Assembly (NCBI GenBank): GCA_963725865.1
Contig: CAVSAC010000012.1
Span: 928,001 to 992,000, forward strand
Length of the DNA: 64,000 nt
DNA from: Candidatus Eiseniibacteriota bacterium
Lineage (GTDB): Bacteria; Eisenbacteria; RBG-16-71-46
Direction of reading: 5' to 3'
Position 1 is the first letter of the stretch. Every line of letters begins with the position of its first letter. Shown here piece by piece: positions 29,745 to 38,927 of the stretch. The translations under genes and the position numbers were made by a program. The notes beneath the pieces were generated by a model. The model was not told the DNA's origin. It did not search any database and saw only the letters and a list, made by a program, of their open reading frames with translations.

Positions 29745-31259
29745 ATGACCCTGACTCGCCTCCTCCTGTCTCGCGTGGCGCGCTCCTCCCTGGGAGCGCG
29801 TTCGCGTTTGGGGATGCTGGCGGTCTCGCTGGCACTGCTCGCCACGGTTCCACGCGATGCGGCCGCCCGCATCGATCGCGGCGAGGCGCCGCTCGAGCTG
29901 CCGTGGCGCACCGGCGGGCGCGTCGGGTTCACGGTCGACGCGGCCTCGTTCCCGGACTCCTCGAGCCTCACGCTCGAGGTCTACGTGCGCATCCCGCCGT
30001 CGACGCTGGCGTCGCTGGCCCGCGACTCGGTCGGCACCGGACGGCTGGCGGTGAGCGTGCAATTGCGGCTGCCGACCGGCGCCCGGTTGCCCGAGAGCCG
30101 GCGCGAACTCGACTTCACGCCCACCGACACCCTCGCGGGCTTCGGCAAGGTCATCGTCATGCGCTACCCGACCCGCCCGGGGACCCACCGCCTCAAGGTC
30201 CGGCTCGAGGACGTCCAGTCGAGCAAGCTGGGGCTCCTGTACTTCGGCCGCAACGCCCACGAGGCCGCCGAGCTCGAAGGCGAGTTCCTGGTGCCCAAGC
30301 CGCAGGCGGACCGGGATCTCTCGGACATCGAGTTCGTGTGGGCCGAGCCCGACACCGGTCTCGGCACGTTCCGGCGCGCGGGGCACACCCTGTTGCCGAA
30401 TCCCGAGCGCCTCTACGGTCTGTACGCGAGCGACCTGCGCGCGTTCTTCGTCGCCCGGAGCCGCGCGGGGGACGAGCGGCCCTGGCACTGGGTGGCGCGC
30501 TTGATCGACGAGGGCGGGGCCGCGGTGGCCGCGCAGGAGAGCACCGGCGCCGCCGGGCGCTGGCTCACCGGCGCGTGCACGTTCGACCTCTCGCCGCACG
30601 CGGCGGGCGGCTACCACCTCGAGCTCAAGGCGTGGCAGGAGGGGGACGCCGTCGCGCTCACCCGGCGTGCCCGCTTCAGCATCGCGTGGCAGCCCACGAC
30701 CTGGTGGCGCAACCCGCGCGAGGTCGAGGACGACGTGCACCTGCTGTTCGACGCGGATGCCGAGGAGCGCTTCGCGCGGCTGCAGCCGGGGGAGCAGGAG
30801 CGCGCGCTCGACGAGTTCTGGAAACGCCGCGATCCGACTCCGGAGACGGCGATGAACGAAGCTCTCGAGACCTTCCACGCCCGCGTCGAGCAGGCGGACC
30901 GTCTCTACTCACGGCGGGGCCTCATGCGCGGGATGTTCAGCGACATGGGGCGCGTGTTCATCCGCTACGGCGAACCGACCGAGGTGAGCCACCAGGTCAT
31001 CCCGGCGGGCGACGAGACGCTGCTCCAGGTGCTGGACGACATCGAGCTCAGCGGCGGTCGACCGACGGGTGACGTCCATCAGAAGGGACTGGGCGGCGAC
31101 CAGCGCTCCTTCGAGGTCTGGACCTACGAGGCGCCGGTGCCGCCGCCGATCGACGCGGACCCCGAGGCCGGCGCCGTGCAGCGCCACAAGCGCCTGCTGT
31201 TCCTGTTCGTGGACGAGCAGGGCCTCGGCGACTTCACCCTCCGCTACACCACCGAGTAG
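29745..31259 (+). CDS. GWxTD-domain-containing exported protein
   Basis: FWKRRDPTPETAMNEALETFHARVEQADRLYS..GMFSDMGRVFIRYGEP, FEVWTY, FLFVDEQGLGDF; start could be 29814. Confidence 0.78.
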   Translation: MTLTRLLLSRVARSSLGARSRLGMLAVSLALLATVPRDAAARIDRGEAPLELPWRTGGRVGFTVDAASFPDSSSLTLEVYVRIPPSTLASLARDSVGTGRLAVSVQLRLPTGARLPESRRELDFTPTDTLAGFGKVIVMRYPTRPGTHRLKVRLEDVQSSKLGLLYFGRNAHEAAELEGEFLVPKPQADRDLSDIEFVWAEPDTGLGTFRRAGHTLLPNPERLYGLYASDLRAFFVARSRAGDERPWHWVARLIDEGGAAVAAQESTGAAGRWLTGACTFDLSPHAAGGYHLELKAWQEGDAVALTRRARFSIAWQPTTWWRNPREVEDDVHLLFDADAEERFARLQPGEQERALDEFWKRRDPTPETAMNEALETFHARVEQADRLYSRRGLMRGMFSDMGRVFIRYGEPTEVSHQVIPAGDETLLQVLDDIELSGGRPTGDVHQKGLGGDQRSFEVWTYEAPVPPPIDADPEAGAVQRHKRLLFLFVDEQGLGDFTLRYTTE

Positions 31260-31282
31260 CCGGCCGCGCGCGGCCGGCTCGC

Positions 31283-31311
31283 TTGACCCTCCGCCGCCCA
31301 TTGGGCATAGT
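31283..31311 (+). promoter_or_regulatory. Sigma70-type promoter of the glycolytic operon
   Basis: TTGACC-N17-CATAGT. Confidence 0.55.
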
Positions 31312-31384
31312 GCGTCCGAGTCCGCCCACGTAACCTGTTGACGCGCCACTCGTTTGGGGGCCCGCGCGTCGGAGTTCGACCCGC

Positions 31385-32425
31385 ATGAGAATCGGGATCC
31401 TCACCGGGGGAGGCGACTGCCCCGGCTTGAACGCCGTCATCCGCGCGGCCGCGCTGCGCGCGGTCCGGACCTACGACACCTTTCTGCTCGGCTTCGAGAA
31501 CGGGTGGAAGGGCCTGCTCGAGAACCGCTTCCGCGAACTCAGCCTGGCCGCGATCGGCGGCATCCTCCATCGGGGCGGGACCATCCTCGGCACCTCGCGC
31601 ATCGACCCTCTCCGCGAGCCCTATAGCCTCGAGGCGGTCCGCGAGGCGTTCGCGTTCCACGAGCTCGACGGCCTGCTGGTGTGCGGCGGCGATGGCACGC
31701 TGTCGGCCGCGCTGCGCGTGGCCGAGGGAGGCATGCCGATCGTCGGCATCCCGAAGACCATCGACAATGACGTGCCCGGGACCGATTTCTCGTTCGGCTT
31801 CGACACCGCGCTCGGCCACATCGTGAACGCGGTGGACGCGCTGCACAGCACCGCGGAAGCTCACGAGCGCGTCATCGTGCTGGAGGTCATGGGCCGCGCC
31901 ACAGGCTGGCTCGGCGTCTGCGGCGGGATCGCCGGGGGCGCCGACGTGATGATCATCCCCGAGGTGCCGATGAGCGTCGCGGAGGTGTGCACCTTCATCA
32001 AGCACCGCATCGCTCGGGGCCGCAAGTTCAGCATCGTCGTGATCTCCGAGGGCGCGGAGTTCCGGCCCGATCCCGACGGCTACGTGCTTCCGCAGGGCCC
32101 CGAGCGCCTCGACGAGCTCGGGCGGCGCCGCTACGGCGGCATCGGGGACGTGCTCGCCGAGGTCATCGAGTCGCGCATGAAGATCGAGACGCGCACGGTG
32201 AAGCTCGGCTACGTCCAGCGGGGCGGCACGCCGAGCCCGTTCGACCGCCTGCTCGGTTCGCGCATGGGCGTCATGGCGGTCGACCTGGCCGCGTCCGGGC
32301 AGTTCGGTCGCATGGTGAGTTTCCAGGGCGGACACATCACGTCGGTCGAGCTGTCGATCGTCCGGCAGGGACCCCGCCTCGTCGACAAGGAGCTGGCTCA
32401 GGTGGCACGCGTCTTCTTCGGATAG
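31385..32425 (+). CDS. pfkA: 6-phosphofructokinase (group III-type, probably ATP-dependent)
   Basis: ILTGGGDCPGLNAVIR, GGTILGTSR, GGDG, PKTIDND, EVMGR, LGYVQRGG. Confidence 0.93.
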   Translation: MRIGILTGGGDCPGLNAVIRAAALRAVRTYDTFLLGFENGWKGLLENRFRELSLAAIGGILHRGGTILGTSRIDPLREPYSLEAVREAFAFHELDGLLVCGGDGTLSAALRVAEGGMPIVGIPKTIDNDVPGTDFSFGFDTALGHIVNAVDALHSTAEAHERVIVLEVMGRATGWLGVCGGIAGGADVMIIPEVPMSVAEVCTFIKHRIARGRKFSIVVISEGAEFRPDPDGYVLPQGPERLDELGRRRYGGIGDVLAEVIESRMKIETRTVKLGYVQRGGTPSPFDRLLGSRMGVMAVDLAASGQFGRMVSFQGGHITSVELSIVRQGPRLVDKELAQVARVFFG

Positions 32426-32490
32426 CGTGCCGCATCGTCCACGACAAGCCGGTGATTCGGCCGGCCATCCCATAGAGAAGGAGTCACCTC

Positions 32491-33489
32491 ATGGCACTTC
32501 GTGTCGGTATCAGCGGCTTCGGCCGCATCGGTCGCCTCGTCATGCGAGCCGCAGTCGACCGCAACGCGCCCATCGAGTTCGTCGCCGTCAACGACATCAC
32601 CGATGCGCCGACACTGGCCCACCTGCTCAAGTACGACACCGTTCACCGCACCTGGAACAAGGCCGGCAAGGCCGAGGACGGATGCCTGGTCGTCAACGGC
32701 AAGAAGATCCGGGTGCTCGCCGAGAAGGAACCCGCCAAGCTGCCGTGGAAGGAGCTCGGGGTCGATGCGGTCATCGAGGCCACCGGCAAGTTCACGGACC
32801 GGGCTGGCGCCTCGCAGCACCTCGTCGCGGGCGCCAGGCACGTGCTGGTCTCGGCGCCGGCGAAAGACGCCGACCTCACGTTCGTGATGGGCGTCAATCA
32901 CCAGCAGTTCGACAAGGCCAAGCACCAGGTCGTGAGTATCGGCTCGTGCACCACCAACTGCCTCGCGCCGGTCGCCAAGGTGCTGAACGACACGTTCGGC
33001 ATCGAGCACGGCCTGATGACGACCATCCACGCCTACACCAACGATCAGAAGATCCTCGACCTACCGCACAAAGACCTGCGGCGCGCGCGCGCGGCGGCGC
33101 AGAACATGATCCCGACCTCGACCGGCGCGGCCAAGGCGATCGGCCTCGTGATGCCGGAGCTGAAGGGCAAGCTCGACGGCTTCGCGGTCCGCGTGCCGGT
33201 GATGAATGGCTCGGTCGTGGACCTGACCGTGGTGGTCAAGAAGGCGACCGACAGGGATGCGGTGAACGCGGCCATGAAGGCGGCGGCGGAGGGTCCGATG
33301 AAGGGCTACCTCGAGTACTGCACCGACCCGATCGTGTCCACCGACGTCATCGGCAATCCTCACGGCAGCGTCTTCGATGCGCTCTCGACGGTCGTCATGG
33401 CGGGGAACATGGTCAAGGTCCTGTCGTGGTACGACAACGAGTGGGGCTTCTCGCAGCGCGTGGTCGATGCCCTGCTGCTGATGGCGTGA
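32491..33489 (+). CDS. gap: Glyceraldehyde-3-phosphate dehydrogenase type I
   Basis: GFGRIGR, SCTTNCLAP, TTIHAYT, RRARAA, IPTSTGAAKA, WYDNEWG. Confidence 0.96.
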   Translation: MALRVGISGFGRIGRLVMRAAVDRNAPIEFVAVNDITDAPTLAHLLKYDTVHRTWNKAGKAEDGCLVVNGKKIRVLAEKEPAKLPWKELGVDAVIEATGKFTDRAGASQHLVAGARHVLVSAPAKDADLTFVMGVNHQQFDKAKHQVVSIGSCTTNCLAPVAKVLNDTFGIEHGLMTTIHAYTNDQKILDLPHKDLRRARAAAQNMIPTSTGAAKAIGLVMPELKGKLDGFAVRVPVMNGSVVDLTVVVKKATDRDAVNAAMKAAAEGPMKGYLEYCTDPIVSTDVIGNPHGSVFDALSTVVMAGNMVKVLSWYDNEWGFSQRVVDALLLMA

Positions 33490-33496
33490 GGCGGCC

Positions 33497-34723
33497 ATGA
33501 CACCCACGACCGTGCCGTACTACGCCTCGAAAGCGAGCGTCAAGGACATCGATCCCAAGGGCAAGCGCGTGCTCATGCGCGTCGACTTCAACGTCCCGAC
33601 CAAGGACGGCGAGGTCACCGACGACACTCGCATCGTCGCCGCGTTGCCGACCATCCGCTATCTGCTCCAGCAGGGCGCGCGCCTGGTGCTGGGGTCGCAT
33701 CTCGGGCGGCCCAAGGGCGGGCCCGAATCGAAGTACTCGATGAAGCCGGTGCAGGCGCGCCTCGAGCGCCTGCTGCGCCAACCCGTGGCGTTCGTGGACG
33801 ATTGCATCGGCCCCGCGGCCGAAGCAGCCACCCGCGCGCTCCAGGACGGCCAGGTGCTGCTGCTCGAGAACCTGCGCTTCCACGCCGAGGAGGAGAAGAA
33901 CGATCCCGCGTTCGCGCAGGCGCTGGCGAAGCTCGGGGACCTGTACGTGAACGATGCGTTCGGCACCGCGCATCGCGCGCACGCCTCGACCGCGGGCGTG
34001 GCGAAGTTCCTGCGTCCCGCGGTGGCCGGCTTCCTGATGCAGCAGGAGCTGGACTACCTCGGCAAGGCGCTCGACCATCCGGTGCGCCCGTTCGTCGCCA
34101 TCCTCGGCGGCGCCAAGATCTCGGGCAAGATCGACGTGATCACCGCGCTGCTCGGCAAGGTCGACCGCCTGGTGGTGGGCGGCGCGATGATGTTCACGTT
34201 CTACAAGGCGCAGGGCCGCCCGGTCGGGAAGTCGCTGGTCGAGGACGACCGCGTCGAGATGGCCAAAGCGGTGCTCGCCGAGGCCGCGAAGCGCGGCGTC
34301 GAGCTGGTGCTGCCGGTCGACTGCGTCGCCTCGGCGGCGACGGATGGCAGCGCACCCGGCCGCCCGTGCGCGATCGACGCGCTCGGTGCGGACGACATCG
34401 GCGTCGACATCGGACCGGCGAGCGTGAAGCTGCTCGCGGATAAGCTGCGGGACGCCCGGACCATCGTCTGGAACGGTCCGATGGGGATCTTCGAGGTCGC
34501 GCAGTTCGCGGCCGGCACGCTCGCGGTCGCGAAGGCCTGCGCCGAGGCCACGGGCCGGGGCGCGGTCACGGTGGTGGGCGGCGGCGACTCGGTGGCGGCG
34601 GTGCAGCAGGCGGGTCTGGCCGAGAAGTTCAGCCACCTGTCGACCGGCGGGGGCGCGTCGCTCGAGTTCCTCGAGGGCAAGGTCCTGCCCGGCGTCGCCG
34701 CGCTCGACGAGAAGCGGACCTGA
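33497..34723 (+). CDS. pgk: Phosphoglycerate kinase
   Basis: RVDFNVP, SHLGRPKG, LLENLRF, NDAFGTAHRAHAS, WNGPMGIFE, STGGGASLE. Confidence 0.97.
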   Translation: MTPTTVPYYASKASVKDIDPKGKRVLMRVDFNVPTKDGEVTDDTRIVAALPTIRYLLQQGARLVLGSHLGRPKGGPESKYSMKPVQARLERLLRQPVAFVDDCIGPAAEAATRALQDGQVLLLENLRFHAEEEKNDPAFAQALAKLGDLYVNDAFGTAHRAHASTAGVAKFLRPAVAGFLMQQELDYLGKALDHPVRPFVAILGGAKISGKIDVITALLGKVDRLVVGGAMMFTFYKAQGRPVGKSLVEDDRVEMAKAVLAEAAKRGVELVLPVDCVASAATDGSAPGRPCAIDALGADDIGVDIGPASVKLLADKLRDARTIVWNGPMGIFEVAQFAAGTLAVAKACAEATGRGAVTVVGGGDSVAAVQQAGLAEKFSHLSTGGGASLEFLEGKVLPGVAALDEKRT

Positions 34724-35502
34724 TGCCGGCCGCCTGGCCGCGCCGGCCGCGACTCGTCGCGGGCAACTGGAAGATGCACAAGACCCCGGGCGAGGGCGCG
34801 GCCCTCGCCCGGGAGTTCCTCGCGCTGGCGGGCGCGGGGACGTCGTGCGAGGTCGCGGTGTGCCCGCCGTTCCCGGCGCTGGCGGCGGTCGGCGAGGCGC
34901 TCCGCGGCAGTCGGGTCCACCTCGGCGCGCAGAACCTGCACGCGGCCACCCACGGCGCGTACACGGGCGAGGTGTCCGGGGCGATGCTGGCGGCCTGCGG
35001 CTGCCGATTCGTGATCGTGGGCCACTCGGAGCGGCGCCACGGGATGGGCGAGGACGACGCGGCCGTCGCGCAGAAGCTGCGCGCCGCGCAGCGCGACGGC
35101 CTGGTGCCGATCGTGTGCGTCGGCGAGCTGCTCGCGGAACGCGAAGGCGGGCACACCGCGGAGGTGCTCGTGCGCCAGGTGCGGGCGGCGTACGACGGCC
35201 TCGACCGCGCGGCGGCGGCGGCGACCGTGGTGGCGTACGAGCCGGTGTGGGCGATCGGCACCGGCAGGGTGGCGACTCCCGAGCAGGCGCGCGAAGCCCA
35301 CGCGATCGTGCGGGAGACGCTCGAGCGGGTGGTGGGGGCGGGCGCGGGACAGGCGATCGCGATCCTCTACGGAGGCAGCGTGAACGCCTCCAACGCGGCC
35401 ACGCTGTTCGCCGAGTCGGAGCTCGACGGCGCGCTGGTGGGAGGGGCTTCGCTCGAGGCGGCCTCGTTCTGGCGTATCGTCACCGCCGCCGCGACGGCGT
35501 AG
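34723..35502 (+). CDS. tpiA: Triosephosphate isomerase
   Basis: AGNWKMH, GAYTGEVS, GHSERR, AYEPVWAIGTG, LYGGSV, LVGGASL. Confidence 0.97.
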   Translation: MPAAWPRRPRLVAGNWKMHKTPGEGAALAREFLALAGAGTSCEVAVCPPFPALAAVGEALRGSRVHLGAQNLHAATHGAYTGEVSGAMLAACGCRFVIVGHSERRHGMGEDDAAVAQKLRAAQRDGLVPIVCVGELLAEREGGHTAEVLVRQVRAAYDGLDRAAAAATVVAYEPVWAIGTGRVATPEQAREAHAIVRETLERVVGAGAGQAIAILYGGSVNASNAATLFAESELDGALVGGASLEAASFWRIVTAAATA

Positions 35503-35524
35503 CGCTGGCGGCGCGGGCCGGCGG

Positions 35525-35553
35525 TTGACGCCGCCTGCGGCCGTTGGTACTCT
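35525..35553 (+). promoter_or_regulatory. Sigma70-type promoter of secG-tRNA
   Basis: TTGACG-N17-TACTCT with an extended TG. Confidence 0.6.
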
Positions 35554-35603
35554 CCACCGCCGTTTCGAGTCGTGTGTCGTCATCCTCACGGTCAGGGGTT
35601 CGC

Positions 35604-36002
35604 ATGTTCGTCGCTCTGCTCATCCTCCATCTCCTCGTCTGCCTCGGCCTGATCACCGTGGTGCTCGTGCAGTCCGGCAAGGGCGGCGGGCTCGCGGGCG
35701 GCGCCTTCGGCGGCACCGCGCAGACCGTGTTCGGCGGGCGCGGAGCCACCGACTTCATCACGCGCGCCACGATGATCCTCGGCGCGACCTTCTTCCTGAC
35801 GTCGATCGCGCTGGCGCTGATGAAGACGCACGAGGGAGGCGGGACCCGCAGTCTGCTCCAGGAGGAGGCGCGGCGCACGAGCCAGCAGGCACCGGCCCGC
35901 GTGCCGTCGGCGGCTCCGAGCGCTCCAGGTGCCGCCACACCCGCACCGGCGCCCGCGCCGACCGCTCCCGCGCCGACCGCTCCCGCGGGCGGCGGTCGCT
36001 GA
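35604..36002 (+). CDS. secG: Preprotein translocase subunit SecG
   Basis: Two TM helices around VLVQSGKGGGLAGGAFGG...FGGRGATDFITRAT; Pro/Ala tail; conserved tpiA-secG-tRNA-Leu order. Confidence 0.92.
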   Translation: MFVALLILHLLVCLGLITVVLVQSGKGGGLAGGAFGGTAQTVFGGRGATDFITRATMILGATFFLTSIALALMKTHEGGGTRSLLQEEARRTSQQAPARVPSAAPSAPGAATPAPAPAPTAPAPTAPAGGGR

Positions 36003-36045
36003 GGAAGGATCCACGCGGCGTTCGCACGCCGCGGTCGAGAGGGAT

Positions 36046-36130
<85 letters not shown>

Positions 36131-36141
36131 CTGAAGCACGA

Positions 36142-36170
36142 GAGGCCACGCGGCGCCGCCACGTGGCCTC
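36142..36170. terminator. Hairpin between convergent tRNA and tlpA-like genes
   Basis: GAGGCCACG...CGTGGCCTC inverted repeat; weak U tract. Confidence 0.45.
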
Positions 36171-36271
36171 CCTCGTTCCGGGTGCATTTCCGCGCCCAGT
36201 CTGCCGGCGACAACGCTCGAGGCCGCGCGGCGGACACCGCGCGGCCTCGCGTGCTTCGCTCGGGTCCGGCG

Positions 36272-36769
36272 CTAGAACAACTCGCGCACGTAGTTCTCGA
36301 ACGTCTCGCCGTCGATGTAGCCGACCACGCGCCGCACGACCTCGCCCTTGCGGTTGATGAAGAACGTGGTGGGGATGGCGCGGATCGGGCCGTACAGGTC
36401 GAGGACCTTGTCGTCGGCCATGGCGAGCCGGAATCCGATCCCGAGCCGGTCCGCGAAACGGCGGACCTTCTGGCCATCGCCATCGTCGACCGAGAGCCCG
36501 ATCACGACCAGTCCGCGGTCGCGGTAGCGCTCCTGCATGGTCGTGAGGTGGGGCATCGAGGCCTTGCAGGGCCCGCACCAGGTGGCCCAGAAGTCGAGGA
36601 TGACCGGCCGCCCGCGATAGTCCGACAGACGCACGGTCTTGCCGTCGAGCGCGCGCACGGAGAACTGCGGCGCGATGCGATCGCCCGCGTGGGTCGCGGG
36701 CGCGATCGCGAAGGATGCGGTCGTGGTCGCGAACACGAAGGCGAGCAGCGGGCTCAGATGACGAGGCAC
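36272..36769 (-). CDS. TlpA/ResA-like thiol-disulfide oxidoreductase
   Basis: Signal peptide; LDFWATWCGPC; IPTTFFINRKG; GTG start after GAGGAG (alternative ATG at 36784). Confidence 0.88.
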   Translation of the reverse strand: MPRHLSPLLAFVFATTTASFAIAPATHAGDRIAPQFSVRALDGKTVRLSDYRGRPVILDFWATWCGPCKASMPHLTTMQERYRDRGLVVIGLSVDDGDGQKVRRFADRLGIGFRLAMADDKVLDLYGPIRAIPTTFFINRKGEVVRRVVGYIDGETFENYVRELF

Positions 36770-37021
36770 GGGGCGACTCCTCATGGATGACGTCGACGTC
36801 GGTGATCAGCGCTCGATGGGGAGAGCGTATCCGAATCGATGCGAGGCGGCACGCGCACGAAGGTGTCGTTGGGCTTCTTTTTGCACGCCTTTGACGCCGC
36901 CGGAGCGCCGCACGCGAGACGTCGATCTGACGTGCGTGCGGCCCGGCGTGAAGAACGTGGGAATGGATGCGCTCGCGTGGGGTAGGAAAGGGCGCGGTGG
37001 CCCGCGGATCGCGCTCGCGCC

Positions 37022-37050
37022 TTGAGGGCGTCCCGGTCGCGTGGTAGCGT
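37022..37050 (+). promoter_or_regulatory. Sigma70-type promoter of the tol-pal operon
   Basis: TTGAGG-N17-TAGCGT with an extended TG. Confidence 0.45.
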
Positions 37051-37153
37051 GCCGTGGCCAGCTCCCCAGGCCGCAAGGCCTCGTTCCCTTTCGCTCGTCG
37101 GCGCGGCGTACCGGGCGGCGCGGCGACCCGACTTCACAAGGAGTGTGAAGCCG

Positions 37154-37858
37154 ATGGTCCTTGGCACCCTCATCCTGCAGATCGGCGGCGTGCGGGCCTC
37201 CATCCCGGCGCTGGTCGCCAGTTCGAGCATCTTTTCGAAGCTGATCCTCGTGGTGCTGGTGGTGATCTCGGTGGTCTGCTGGGCCATCATCGCCGATCGG
37301 CTTCGCCTGCTGGTCCGCGCCGAGCGCGCCGACCGCGACTTCCTGGCGGCGTTCCGCCGGCTGGCGGCGGGAGCGGACCTGCGTCTGGCGGCGCAGCAGC
37401 ATCCGGCGAGTCCGCTCGCAGCGCTGGCGCTCGCGGGCCAGCGCACGCTCGACGTGCACCCGGCGGCGGTCGCCCCGGGCGCCCCGGTGTCGGTGCGCTA
37501 CGAGCTCGCACAGCGCGCGATGGAGCGCGCCGCGGGCGAGCAGGCTGCCGGGCGCGAGCAGCACGTGGGCACGCTCGCGACGGCCGGCAGCGTGTCGCCG
37601 TTCATCGGCCTGCTTGGCACGGTCTGGGGCGTGATGACCTCGTTTCTCAACATCGGCGCCCAGGGATCCGCCTCGCTGGTCGTGGTCGGTCCCGGCATCG
37701 CCGAGGCGCTGATCGCGACCGTGGCGGGGCTCGCCGCGGCGATCCCGGCGGTGGTGGCCTACAACCACCTCACCGGCCGCCTGCGCCAGCTCGACAATCA
37801 TGCGGTGCAGTTCATCGGCGAATTCCTCGACCGTCGGGTCGGAGGGCTCGAAGCGTGA
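37154..37858 (+). CDS. tolQ: TolQ (MotA/TolQ/ExbB family)
   Basis: [42 protein letters not shown]; tol operon context. Confidence 0.9.
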   Translation: MVLGTLILQIGGVRASIPALVASSSIFSKLILVVLVVISVVCWAIIADRLRLLVRAERADRDFLAAFRRLAAGADLRLAAQQHPASPLAALALAGQRTLDVHPAAVAPGAPVSVRYELAQRAMERAAGEQAAGREQHVGTLATAGSVSPFIGLLGTVWGVMTSFLNIGAQGSASLVVVGPGIAEALIATVAGLAAAIPAVVAYNHLTGRLRQLDNHAVQFIGEFLDRRVGGLEA

Positions 37859-38265
37859 GCGTGCACCTGGGCCCCGAGCGCCGACCGATGGCGGACATCA
37901 ACGTCACGCCGTTCGTCGACGTGGTGCTGGTGCTGCTCATCATCTTCATGGTGACCGCCCCGTTCCTGCAGGGCGGGCTCGAGATCGACCTGCCGCGCGT
38001 GGCCTCGCGGGGCCTCGACGTGCGGGAAGGCCTGGTGGTGAGCATGCGGACCGACGGCACGATCGCGCTCGGCAGCACGGTGGTCGCGCGGGCGCGCCTC
38101 GAGGACGCGCTGGCGCGCGCCGGCGCGGCGCAGCGGCCGGTGTTCCTGCGGGCCGACCGCGGGGTTCCGTATGGCGACGTGGTCGAGCTGATCGCGCGGC
38201 TGCGGCGCGCCGGCATCTCCTCGCTCGGGCTCGTGACCCAGCCGCCGGCGAGGAAGCCGAGATGA
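37855..38265 (+). CDS. tolR: TolR (ExbD family)
   Basis: [37 protein letters not shown]. Confidence 0.9.
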   Translation: MSVHLGPERRPMADINVTPFVDVVLVLLIIFMVTAPFLQGGLEIDLPRVASRGLDVREGLVVSMRTDGTIALGSTVVARARLEDALARAGAAQRPVFLRADRGVPYGDVVELIARLRRAGISSLGLVTQPPARKPR

Positions 38266-38927
38266 GGCAGGCGCTGGTCGGCTCGTCCGCGGTGCACCTC
38301 GCGATCCTGGCGGGGTTGCTCGCGGTGCGCGCCGGTGCCCCGATCGTGGTGCCGGGCCCGGACGTGGTGCAGGTGGCCCTGCTCGATCCCGCCGACCTGC
38401 CGACCGCGGTCGCACCGCGGCCGCCCGCGCCCGAACCGGAACGCGAGATGCCCGCACTGGCGCCCCCGGAGGACGCCGAGGGGGTGAAGCTGGTGAAGCC
38501 GCGCCCGGAGCCCAAGCGGCCGAAGCCGCGCGAGGAGAGCCGGCCGACGGAGCCATCGCCGAGCGCGGCGGCATTGCCGTACGCCGCGATCGGCAGCGCC
38601 GGACTGCGCGGCCAGGTGGCGGTGGACGCCGCGGATTTCGAGTTCACGTACTACCTGCTGCTGGTGCGCAACCGGATCGCGCAATCGTGGAGCCCGCCCG
38701 CGGGGCTCGCGACCGGGGGCCAGCCGGTGCGCGCGGTGGTGTACTTCCGCATCGCCCGCGACGGCGGCCTCTCGGACGTGCGACTGGAATCGGCGAGCCG
38801 GGTCGAGTTCTTCGACCGCTCGGCGACGCGCGCGGTGATCCTGAGCGACCCGCTGCCGCCGCTGCCGCTCGGATTCGCGAGCGGGAGCCTCGGCGTGCAC
38901 TTCGGCTTCGAGTACGCCACGCCATGA
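38262..38927 (+). CDS. tolA: TolA/TonB-family energy transducer
   Basis: N-terminal TM with S..VH, Pro-rich linker, TonB-C-like [11 protein letters not shown]...FRIARDG...FDRSA.RAV. Confidence 0.75.
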   Translation: MRQALVGSSAVHLAILAGLLAVRAGAPIVVPGPDVVQVALLDPADLPTAVAPRPPAPEPEREMPALAPPEDAEGVKLVKPRPEPKRPKPREESRPTEPSPSAAALPYAAIGSAGLRGQVAVDAADFEFTYYLLLVRNRIAQSWSPPAGLATGGQPVRAVVYFRIARDGGLSDVRLESASRVEFFDRSATRAVILSDPLPPLPLGFASGSLGVHFGFEYATP

